Under the pieces are notes generated by a model. It was given only the letters and a program-made list of their open reading frames with translations, was not told the DNA's origin and made no database searches. This document shows, piece after piece, positions 50,419 through 60,511 of a stretch of 64,000 nt of DNA. Every line of letters starts with the position of its first letter. The stretch's first letter is position 1. Origin of the DNA: Podarcis liolepis (taxonomy: Eukaryota); the NCBI GenBank assembly GCA_965112155.1, contig OZ218109.1. One strand, 5' to 3'. A program made the translations under genes and the position numbers.

Positions 50419-50711
50419 GTTTAAACAAAACACTTCTTTGATTTGTCTAGATCCAGCCTACGTCCACCAGCTTCGACTGAACACAGTGTAAATTCCCCTT
50501 TTAGAAATACACATGAAGGTTGGAAGAGGAGTGGGTGGCATTCACCAGAAATGGGGAGGGGGACTAAGACCTGCGAGACCAGGGTTCAAATTTCCACTCA
50601 ACCACAAAGTTTACTGGGTGACCTTGGGCCAGTCACTGCTTCTCAGCCTAGCCTACCTCACAGAGTTGTTGTGGGGAATAAATGGTGGAGAGAGTGGACA
50701 CCAGGTAAAGC

Positions 50712-50893
50712 ATAGATTGGTGCCCAAATTGTTAGACCTGGGACTTCCACCATGTTTGTGCAGTGTTGAGCATGTAGTTTTTATGTAGTTTTATGTAGTT
50801 TTGTGGTAGTTTTATGTAGTTTTTATGTAGTTTTATGTAGTTTTTCAATTTCATTGTTCCACAAGGGACAATGACAATAAAGATATCGTATAT
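50712..50893 (+). mobile_element. Internally deleted Rex1/Babar LINE fragment with an (ATGTAGTTTT)n minisatellite
   Basis: The peptide LVPKLLDLGLPPCLC (Rex1-type RT motif KL..LGL...LC) is joined to the Rex1-like 3' end CAATTTCATTG...ACAATGACAATAAAG. Tandem repeat at 50771-50845. Confidence 0.6.
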
Positions 50894-50907
50894 CGGGGGG
50901 GGGGGGG

Positions 50908-51719
50908 AGCGTGTTCTCTTTCATAGAGAGCACGTGTTGCGGTGGGGTCTGACAGGCCACCCCACTGTTGCTGGGCGGGTTAGTATGGATGACCATCCAC
51001 AGTGATTGGACGGTTGGGTTACTGGGCAAATTTTGGTGTTGCCATTTAGGGGGAGGGACCAAAGGTTATAAAATCAAGTCACGCAGCACTGACTGGGCTC
51101 TTTTGCTGCGTGCATCGGATCACCCACCCACCCTCCCTCATCTAGGGCTATTGCGTTGACCTTGCTATGCCTGTCATGGGGTCGTCTGCTTTTGGGGCAG
51201 GGGCCTGGTAGGAATTTTGTCCATATGGCTGATTGGCTGGTGCTATTTGGTTTTTGCCTACTGCGTAGCAAATCGCCACAACTTGTAAGGTTGCGGTTAG
51301 GCATTGGTTAAAAAATTGGTTGGTGGAGGGGTAAGGACTGGCGGTGCCTGCCCCTCCAATGCTGCTGCAGCAAGGGAATTCCATTAAAGGAATCCAGGGG
51401 CTTGCCATTCTTTCGTCCATACCCCTGAATGGGGCTTAGGGCCACGCAAGCCCCTGGGAGCATGAAGGGGGGGGTGAGGGTCTGGTGCCGGCTCCATGCT
51501 CTCCCCAATATTGTTTTCCCTTACTGGCTTTCGCTGGAATCCGGAAGTCAGTTCTGTCCCTGGGCGTGGGGACAGATAGTTGGAACCAATGCCTAAACAA
51601 TCACTCACATTTATGTATTTTAATAAAGTTGTGGCCAAAGTTATGCCAAAAACCTTAAACAAAAATTATATGTGAATTGTGAATTATTTAGGGGTGGCTT
51701 GGGGGACCTCAACACGCAA
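50908..51719 (+). mobile_element. Element C: unclassified non-coding structured mobile element (A/B/C family)
   Basis: 5' hairpin GCGTGTTCTCT-TTCAT-AGAGAGCACGT, imperfect inverted repeats TTGCGGTGGGGTC / GACCTCAACACGCAA, TATAAAA at 51067-51073 and AATAAAGTTGTGGCC at 51622-51636. Confidence 0.85.
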
Positions 51720-53557
51720 ACCACCTTGAGTTCTTTGAAGAAAAAGAAGGGATATAGAAGCAATGAATAAATAAAAATACTGATCAGGATTTTAGTAGTA
51801 CATTTAGCCTAGGAAACTTCACTTAAAAACAAACAAACCAGGAATTTTTATGATGGCTAAATAGCAGCTAAGCTTCCTGGAGTGGGTACTTGCCTGATCC
51901 TCAGTTAGGTGGTGGCTGTAATCAGACTTCTGCTCCCATGCAGAATAATTAACGGAACAGAGAGCCAAAAAAAAAAAAAAAAAAAAGAAAAGAAAGGAAA
52001 ATGTCCCCAGCCCTATTAAATTTCCACTGAATTAGCCCCTCAGAAAGGAAGCTGTCTTGCAAAATGACTGCCTTTTACAGATTAAAAAAAGCAACTGGCT
52101 ATGTCAAGGACAGTGGAAAGGAAGCAGGGTTCAGTAACAAGAATTCCAACTCAAAAGGGGTTATCGTGTGCCAGTTCTCTGATGGAGAATTTATCCACGC
52201 AAAGGTCAGGCACTCATTAAACCTTATCTGATGCCAAAGTTATATATTATGGTTTATTGCCTCGAGTACCAATTAATAAAGAATTAAAGAAATGAAGAAA
52301 CCAGTGATTCATACCTTTTGTGTGGGGGGGGAAGCTCATGGTTCAGCATAATGCTAAAATATTAATAGTAATTTTAGTCGTGTAGTATTTTATTAGGCAC
52401 TTAACTCTGTAGGTTTTATCGAAAGATATATGGGATTCATTTTTAACAAAATGCAGAAATTTGGGGGAAGGGAGGTACATTGACTCAAAATCTAATAAGA
52501 GGAGATTCCAGAGATATTTTGAAAGGGGGGGAGCTTAAACATTACCATTGATTATTAATAAAGAATTACTTAATAATAATAATGGGCTTAAGAAGGGACC
52601 GTTACAAAGGGCTGGAAAATTCCACAATGATTTTTCCACAGTGTTCTTAGAAGGAAGCTCACAGCTCTAGGAGTCATATACACTGGTACTACAAAAAAAC
52701 TATTGTATACCACATATCTGGTGTAAGGTAATTTACTGTACAACTTTCAAACATTTCTGCTTTGCTTTCAGGTGATTTCAAGTGATAGCAAAGTCCCGTC
52801 TGTGGTGACTGATCTGTAAAAGCTCATTTCCATGGGCAAGTAATAACTTGCCATTGCAGCCACAAAGTGATAAACCTGCGTGTGTGAAAGCTCACCTTTA
52901 TAGACACTCATATTCTTCTCGGATGTTCGCTGTCAATAGCATGTGCTGCAAGCCACAACCTTACAGTCTGAACTACTGTCTGGTAAAATATATATATATT
53001 GTAGTGCTAGCAGGCACTAGATGGTTGGCTTTATTTTAGTATTTGCTAAGCTTCCCCCCTGAGTCCAGTTGGTTTGTGGCTGTGGAAGGCTCTATGGGGG
53101 AGGGGAATTGGGGGTCGAGGAGGGTCATTGGGGGGGGGAGTGAGAAATGTTCCTATTCTCATCTAATGGAATGTTAGAGGGTATGTTACCATAATGCCAC
53201 AGTTGGTGGTAGGAGAAGGTAGAAGCAACACCAGAGCAGGGAGCAGCCAATGTCTGATTTTGTCAGATAGAGAGACCAGCATTGGGAAGTCCATAAAAGT
53301 GCGTATTTCAAACGCTGGCTGTGTTCTGATTTGAATTGTTTTGGAAAATTTGAATTCTGTAGGCTCGCCTTTAAATGCAAAGTAAATTGAATTTCTCCCC
53401 CCATGGCTAGAAGTGGATCAGTAAGGGCTTCCGACAACCAATTATTTGAGAATAGCAATAACTAAAAGGCTTCCCCTCCCTTGAAATTAGGCTGCTGAAA
53501 TGACCAACATTGGAGGGGGACCAGGAGGGAGAAAATAGGAGGACTGTGAATCAGTAC

Positions 53558-53705
53558 CAGTGGCGTAGCGTGGGGGGGTGCAGGGGGGGCCGGCCGCACC
53601 GGGCGCAACATCTGGGGGTTAGGGTTAGGGGGCGCAAATCCACGGGTTAGGGGGCGCAAATTACTTGCCTTGCCCCAGGTGCTGACAGCCCACGCTACGC
53701 CACTG
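53558..53705. mobile_element. Young GC-rich hAT-type MITE
   Basis: Perfect 17-bp TIR CAGTGGCGTAGCGTGGG; perfect 8-bp TSD ATCAGTAC at 53550-53557 and 53706-53713. Confidence 0.95.
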
Positions 53706-56399
53706 ATCAGTACTGGTACTTAAAACAAATTCCTGGGCTGAGTAGGTGTTCAGCCTCAGAGGCACCCAGTTACTTAATTCCTTAATAAATATCTCGCTTC
53801 CCTGAACCATTATTTTGAACCTGGTTCTGGTTGGTGGACCTTGGGGTTCAAAGTAGATCCCGGAAGCCTGAAGTCAGCCCATCAGTGATGGTGCTTTACA
53901 GAACCATTTCTTTCAAGTAATGATAAGCTCACTATCTGTAAACAACAAAAGGTTGCTTGAGATCAGAGTTTACTACACATGATCATTGACTGAAATCACA
54001 GGGTCAGATCTCTAGTGGCTCTGAGGACAGTATCCCAGCCTCTACTCTGTTGGAGTAAAAGCCAGAATGTGCTCTCTTCCTTTCATCATGATTCTAAACA
54101 CATCTACTTGAACTCTAGCTCTGGAGACGTCAGGGAGAATTAGGGTCAATTCAAATATGCTTAAATCAATGGGACTTAGAAGTGCTTAACCCGTGCCCCA
54201 GGTTTGCATTTAATTGGATGTATATATTTATTATTTAAATCTTATTTATTCCACCTTATCACTGTGCTGGAGGTGGCAAAAGGATTTAGCCAAATCTACC
54301 CACCGGGAAATAATTTCCAGAAGGAGAGCTGACAGTGAGCTCTACACTTTCATGAATGCTTGGGCCGCAACACATTTGTTTGTATTTTAAGATGCCAGGG
54401 CACTTGATCCTTTTATTATTATTATTATTTGCAGGGGACAAATGCATTTTAAAGGGAAGAACTTGTTAAATGCTAGCCTCTGAAAAAAGTGAAAGCCACC
54501 ACTCGCTTTCCATTTCCACCATGAGTGTGCTATTTAATGAGGTCTAGCAGATTGTCGAACACTTCCTCCATCTGTAGGAGGAAAATACACAGAAGCATCT
54601 GCCAGGCTTTAAACTCCCTTCAAATGCTAGAGCCGAACCAATGTCAAATCAAATCTCTCACACAAACAGAAGCATAGCTGGGGGTGTTGTGTTTGGCAGA
54701 GCCCTTCTGCTGCTGATCTTTTCGTTTCGTTTTAGTTTCTGTGTCCCTATGTTCACCTGGCATCCTTAGAAATAATTAGCAGGAAGATTCTTCCCAACAG
54801 ATTGTGGCAGCATGTGTCTGTGTCTGCGTGCGTCCTTGCATGTTTGTGTACAACTTTTAGGCATTGCACTTGAGCTTCTTTGTGTAGTGATCACTGCACC
54901 ACTAGTCTCAGGAAGGAAAATAAGGAGCGAAACATGCAGCAATTTATTGCAGACATGGTCCAATGAGGGTTTCAGAAGGAACAAGGCTGCAAGCTGGTCA
55001 TCAAGGCAAGCTTCACCTCGCATGCTTTTAAAAATTATTTCCAGAGTCTGGCCTCTTTTAGGGGACCAATTGGAATTTTCCTTCCTTTGGCTGTTACAAA
55101 AAAAAAGCTAGTTTTATCCCCGCATTGTTTAAAGAAGCCAATCCAATAAATGTCACCACCATCACTGCTGTCCCCTTCTATAGCTTCGAGCTAATCTATA
55201 AAGTGATGTGCTTTATCTGCCTTACTAAACCAGAAACCTGTGGAGCTGAAAACAGCTAAGTCCAGATCAGTTTACTTTCTGGACTTCAGAGATTAAGACT
55301 CTGAATGGAGGGAGCTGGTAAATGCTGTGTGTGTGTGTGTGTGTGTTTTCCATGTACACCTCCCTCCCCACCTTTCAAGACAAAACAAGAGTCCTCCAGT
55401 AGCTCAGACTAACCTAGGGTGTTGAGCCCCACGCGGTTGTGAAAGCAGCGACCGGATTTTTGTTCTTGTCCCTCGTTCGGATATAATTCCCTGCGCATTC
55501 AGAGGATTACATACTGTTTATGCATCCGGCAGTCTCACTGAGTCCTGTTTCTTTACAGTACTTACTCCTGCTGCTCAAAGGAAAATAGGCTCTAACAATC
55601 CTCTGTCGGTGCCAAAGCTGCTGCACTGAATGAACACATCCTGCCCGCAGTCCTCTGATTGATCCCTGTGATCCCTCTATCCAACTGGAGTTCAAAAGAA
55701 TTCTACAGCTCAAAGGACTAAAAATTGGTATTCGTTTAAGATTTGCTGGCAAACCAAAGCTTCCTTATGTATCCGCAGATGCTATCCTGCCTTTCAAGGC
55801 TGACAGGGAATGAACTCAAACTTTGGGTCACTTTTTTTAAAAGTGGCAGTAATAATGATTTTCTTATTATTATTATTGAAGAAATGCCCGTTTGTTTCTC
55901 TTTCTCCCTACAATTCTTTTGTTTCTTAAATCTGGCTCATCCAAAATAAACTAAAAACATGAGATAAAAAAAGACGGAGAGAAAATGGGGCATGAAAATA
56001 TTCAATCAACTAGTCTACATTCAAAGTGAGCGAAGGAATACTGGGTTGTATTTAACTAACTCCTACTGAAATTAATGAACCTAAAATAGTCATATCTAGT
56101 CTTATTATTAAAGTATTATTGATTAAAGTTATTAGTCACTAGGCATAAATAGGTCTATTCTGAGTTGGACTAGGGTTGACTATAACCCAAGATGATATTT
56201 GGTGTTCAAAGCAAAAAATGGAGTTGGTATTTGGGGGGGGGGCAGGGAGATTGTGATTCATTTTAAATCAGCAGAAGGAGAAGCGGGAAGGGCTGAAAAC
56301 ATTGTATTAAAAGAATTACAAAGATCTTCAAGGTTGGGTTACTGCAATGCACTTTTCGCTTGTTCCTGATCTGGAAGCTGCTTATAACAGAGATCTCTA

Positions 56400-56769
56400 A
56401 AAAGGTAAAGGTAAAGGTACCCCTGCCCGTACGGGCCAGTCTTGACAGACTCTAGGGTTGTGCGCTCATCTCACTCTAGGGGCCGTGAGCCGGCGCCGTC
56501 CGCAGACACTTCCGGGTCACGTGGCCAGTGTGACATCGCTGCTCTGGCGAGCCAGCACCAGCGCAGCACACGGAACACCGTTTACCTTTCCGCTATAAAG
56601 CGGTACCTATTTATCAACTTGCACTTTAAAGGTGCTTTCGAACTGCTAGGTGGGCAGGAGCTGGGACCGAAAGATGGGAGCTCACCCCGCCGCGGGGATT
56701 CGAACCGCCGACCATACAATCGGCAAGTCCTAGGCACTGTGGTTTTACCCACAGCGCCACCCGCGTCCC
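56400..56769 (-). mobile_element. Full-length young Sauria SINE (Squam1)
   Basis: Reverse-strand head GGGACGCGGGTGGCGCTGTGGG, B-box GGTTCGAATCC and (ACCTTT)n tail. TSD CAGAGATCTCTA at 56388-56399 and 56778-56789. Confidence 0.95.
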
Positions 56770-56859
56770 TACTGGTTCAGAGATCTCTACTGCTTGCCTA
56801 TTTTCTTCTGGGTCATGTTCAAGGTGTTTCTATTAGTTTACAAAGCCTGTAATGACTTG

Positions 56860-57230
56860 GGATCCATTTTCTTGAGAGATCACCTTACTTGAAAGATCAC
56901 CTTGCATATGCGCATCTTTTGTCTGTGGAACTGGTGCTGTTGCAGGTGCCACATAATACGCATTCCACACATGTAGGAAGCAAGTCTTTTAGTGTTGCGT
57001 CATCCAGGCACTGTGCAACTCCCTGCCTATTGACATCAGGCAGGCTGTCTTTTCAGCGCCTTCTTAAAACGTGTTTCTTTAGGCAAGTCTTCCTAGGCAT
57101 GTAAAAGTATGCATGGGTTGCTTTCTTCCGCTACTGTTGATTTTTAACCCTTGTTCGAATAAGCTCAATACCTTTTAAAAACTTTTCTAAAATTTAGAAT
57201 GTTAGTTTTCTTTTACAGTGTTTTAAACTA
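56860..57230 (+). mobile_element. Old L2 3' fragment whose tail hosts the BovB insertion
   Basis: The peptides KSFSVAS and LSFQRLLKTCFFRQVF resemble the L2 ORF2 end. Confidence 0.55.
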
Positions 57231-57234
57231 CTTC

Positions 57235-58082
57235 GTTGTTGTTGTTCAGTCGTTTAGTCGTGTCCGACTCTTCGTGACCCCATGGACCAGAGAACGCCAG
57301 GCACTCCTGTCTTCCACTGCCTACCGCAGTTTGGTCAAACTCAGGCTGGTAGCTTCGAGAACACTGTCCAACCATCTCGTCCTCTGTCGTCCCCTTCTCC
57401 TTGTGCCCTCCATCTTTCCCAACATCAGGGTCTTTTGCAGGGAGTCTTATCTTCTCATGAGGTGGCCAAAGTATTGGAGCCTCAGCTTCAGGATCTGTCC
57501 TTCCAGTGAGCACTCAGGGCTGATTTCCTTAAGAATGGATAGGTTTGATCTTCTTGCAGTCCATGGGACTCTCAAGAGTCTCTTCCATCACCATAATTCA
57601 AAAGCATCAATTCTTCAGCGATCGGCCTTCTTTATGGTCCAGCTCTCACTTCCATACATCACTACTGGGGAAACCATGGCTTTAACTATATAGGTCTTTG
57701 TTGGCAAGGTGATGTCTCTGCTTTTTAAGATGCTGTCTAGGTTTGTCATTGCTTTTCTCCCAAGAAGCAGGGGTCTTTTAATTTCGTGACTGCTGTCACC
57801 ATCTGCAGTGATCATGGAGCCCAAGAAAGTAAAATCTCTCATTGCCTCCATTTCTTCCCCTTCTATTTGCCAGGAGGTGATGGGCCCAGTGGCCATGATC
57901 TTAGTTTTTTTGATGTTGAGCTTCAGACCATATTTTGCGCTTTCCTCTTTCACCCTCATTAAAAGGTTCTTTAATTCCTCCTCACTTTCTGCCATCAAGG
58001 TTGTGTCATCTGCATATCTGAGGTTGTTGATATTTCTTCTGGCAATCTTAATTCCGGCTTGGGATTCATCCAGCCCAGCCTT
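57235..58082 (-). mobile_element. 5'-truncated RTE-BovB LINE (RT domain to 3' end)
   Basis: ORF 57615-58094 reads AGIKIARRNINNLRYADDTTLMAESEEELKNLLMRVKEESAKYGLKLNIKKTKIM (YADD RT motif). The 3' end is GGGGTCACGAAGAGTCGGACACGACT followed by (CAA)n. Confidence 0.97.
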
Positions 58083-58202
58083 AAAAGCAGTCATTAAATA
58101 TATAAATTAGATAAAGGATATTGCTGTCAAAGTCATATCATTTAAATATTTATATTATTGTTACTAAGGGCATCAGGTCTACTTCCTCTGGAAGTGAGTA
58201 GT

Positions 58203-58411
58203 ATTTATTGTTGTTGTTGTTGTATTTAAACCCCGTCCATCTGGGGAAAGCTTACAGTACATATAAAAACATAGTAAAACTTCAAACATTAAAAGCCTCC
58301 TGATACAGGGTTGCCTTCAGATGTTTTCTAAAAATCAGATAGTTGATCATTTCCTTAACATCTGATGGGAGGGCATTCCACAGAGAGGGTGCCACTGTTG
58401 ATAAGGCCCTC
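58203..58411 (-). mobile_element. L2 LINE 3' end
   Basis: Minus-strand peptide RALSTVAPSLWNALPSDVKEMINYLIFRKHLKATLYQEAF. Confidence 0.8.
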
Positions 58412-58762
58412 AATGAATGCATACTTTTAAAATATGCTACTGAGTCACAGCCCTTCCCCATACTTGCATGGAAACAGGTAATGCACATATTCCTAGCTGG
58501 AAAGTAAAGGTAACATCTTAGTTGTATTAGTACAAAAGAGCATTATTGCTAACCCAACGGTCCAATGAGAGAGAAACATGGGACTTCCGATACTGCAAGA
58601 TGATCCTTCTGATCTCCAAAGCAACACTCAACATACAAAGGATCTTACGTTTGGGAAATACTCAAAGAACAGTTATATATACCAGGAATATAATATTAAA
58701 ATGAAGATTCAGTGAAAATGAGAAGGTAAGATTAATCCTAGTTCCTGAAGCATACAAAAATT

Positions 58763-59101
58763 AGGTAAGGTAAAGGTAAAGGATCCCTGGATGTTTCAGT
58801 CCAGTCAAAGGCGACTATGGGATTGCGGCGCTCATCTTGCTTTCAGGCCGAGGGAGGTAGCGTTTATCCACAGACAGCTTTCCAGGTCATGTGGCCAGCA
58901 TGACTAAACAGCTTCTGATGCAACGGGACACTGTGATGGAAGCCAGAGAGCATGGAAATGCCGTTTACCTTCCTGCCACAGCAGTACCTATTTATCTATT
59001 TGCACTGTCATGCTTTTGAACTGCAGGAGCTGTGACAGAGCAATGGGAGCTCACTCTGTTGCGGGGAATTGAACCGCCGACCTTCCAATTGGCTAGCCCA
59101 A
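58763..59101 (-). mobile_element. Sauria SINE truncated by the assembly gap
   Basis: AAAGGT-repeat tail and a body matching 21191-21555. Confidence 0.85.
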
Positions 59102-59818
59102 NNNNNNNNNNNNNNNNNNNNNNNNNNNNNNNNNNNNNNNNNNNNNNNNNNNNNNNNNNNNNNNNNNNNNNNNNNNNNNNNNNNNNNNNNNNNNNNNNNN
59201 NNNNNNNNNNNNNNNNNNNNNNNNNNNNNNNNNNNNNNNNNNNNNNNNNNNNNNNNNNNNNNNNNNNNNNNNNNNNNNNNNNNNNNNNNNNNNNNNNNNN
59301 NNNNNNNNNNNNNNNNNNNNNNNNNNNNNNNNNNNNNNNNNNNNNNNNNNNNNNNNNNNNNNNNNNNNNNNNNNNNNNNNNNNNNNNNNNNNNNNNNNNN
59401 NNNNNNNNNNNNNNNNNNNNNNNNNNNNNNNNNNNNNNNNNNNNNNNNNNNNNNNNNNNNNNNNNNNNNNNNNNNNNNNNNNNNNNNNNNNNNNNNNNNN
59501 NNNNNNNNNNNNNNNNNNNNNNNNNNNNNNNNNNNNNNNNNNNNNNNNNNNNNNNNNNNNNNNNNNNNNNNNNNNNNNNNNNNNNNNNNNNNNNNNNNNN
59601 NNNNNNNNNNNNNNNNNNNNNNNNNNNNNNNNNNNNNNNNNNNNNNNNNNNNNNNNNNNNNNNNNNNNNNNNNNNNNNNNNNNNNNNNNNNNNNNNNNNN
59701 NNNNNNNNNNNNNNNNNNNNNNNNNNNNNNNNNNNNNNNNNNNNNNNNNNNNNNNNNNNNNNNNNNNNNNNNNNNNNNNNNNNNNNNNNNNNNNNNNNNN
59801 NNNNNNNNNNNNNNNNNN
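59102..59818. other. Assembly gap (717 N)
   Basis: Run of N. Confidence 1.
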
Positions 59819-60235
59819 TAGTTTAGAAAAAGAAGAAATGTTCAAATTAGTGAGGCAGAATGCCTTTGAATGCTAGTTGCTGGGAACTGCAGGGCTCCAA
59901 TTCATAGCCATTTGCAATGCCACAATGAGAACAGAATGCTAGAGGGGCCATTGGCCTGATCCAGCCCGGCTCTTCTTATGTTCCTAGTGCTATGCCAAGA
60001 TCTATCCTCCTTATTTCTCAAAAAAAGAAATCAGAATTCTGTTTCTCTTTATGACATGTGGAGTGCTTTAGAATTAATTTGGAAATATATATATTTATTA
60101 TTTGGGGAGGGGTGTAGCTTACATGGTCTCTGAAAGGTGACCAAGCAAGTTGTGTTTCTTTCCATTAAACACTCCTCCAGTCCTCTGCAGTCTCCTCAGC
60201 TATGACACATCCTAATCTGAAAAAGCCATATGGGA

Positions 60236-60511
60236 GTAACTTCTTGGCCCGAATCTAAGCCGTACCTGCAAATAAGTCACACCTTTAAAATTCAAAGGGG
60301 GGGGGGGGAGAAGACAATACCCGAATATAAGCTGCTCCCTTAAAATGACGCAGGCACTCACACCCATAAATGGCAAACGCAGAAGAAAATCCTACAGTGA
60401 TATCGTAAAACCCAATTTTTGTAAGGCCACAAATTTAAGCCGCACTTTAACTTTTCATGGTTGGAATTGGGGGGGGGGGGGAGTGCAGCTCATATTCGGG
60501 CTAATACAGTA
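60236..60511. mobile_element. Tc1/mariner (pogo-like) non-autonomous element with a degenerate left end
   Basis: GCCCGAATCTAAGC / GCTCATATTCGGGCTAATACAGTA inverted termini and an internal CCGAATATAAGC repeat. Confidence 0.6.

Larger units (their letters stand above)
50560..51776 (+). mobile_element. CORE SINE split into 50560-50708 and 51720-51776 by nested insertions
   Basis: B-box GGTTCAAATTT and CORE TGGGTGACCTTGGGCCAGTCAC; the tail ACCACCTTGAG...AATAAATAAAA resumes at 51720. Confidence 0.75.

Noticed and set aside
50771-50845. Short regular repeats resembling an array (also 14102-14216)
   Set aside because: Simple tandem repeats without unique spacers in a eukaryotic TE context; not CRISPR.
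52772-52835. Acceptor TTTCAG with a possible GC donor (64 nt)
   Set aside because: Stops in all frames, a non-canonical donor and no supporting context.
53095-53140. G-run cluster with G-quadruplex potential
   Set aside because: G and C runs are frequent throughout the window and nothing marks this one as functional.
59032-59845. 250-264 aa ORFs
   Set aside because: Artefacts of the N gap.
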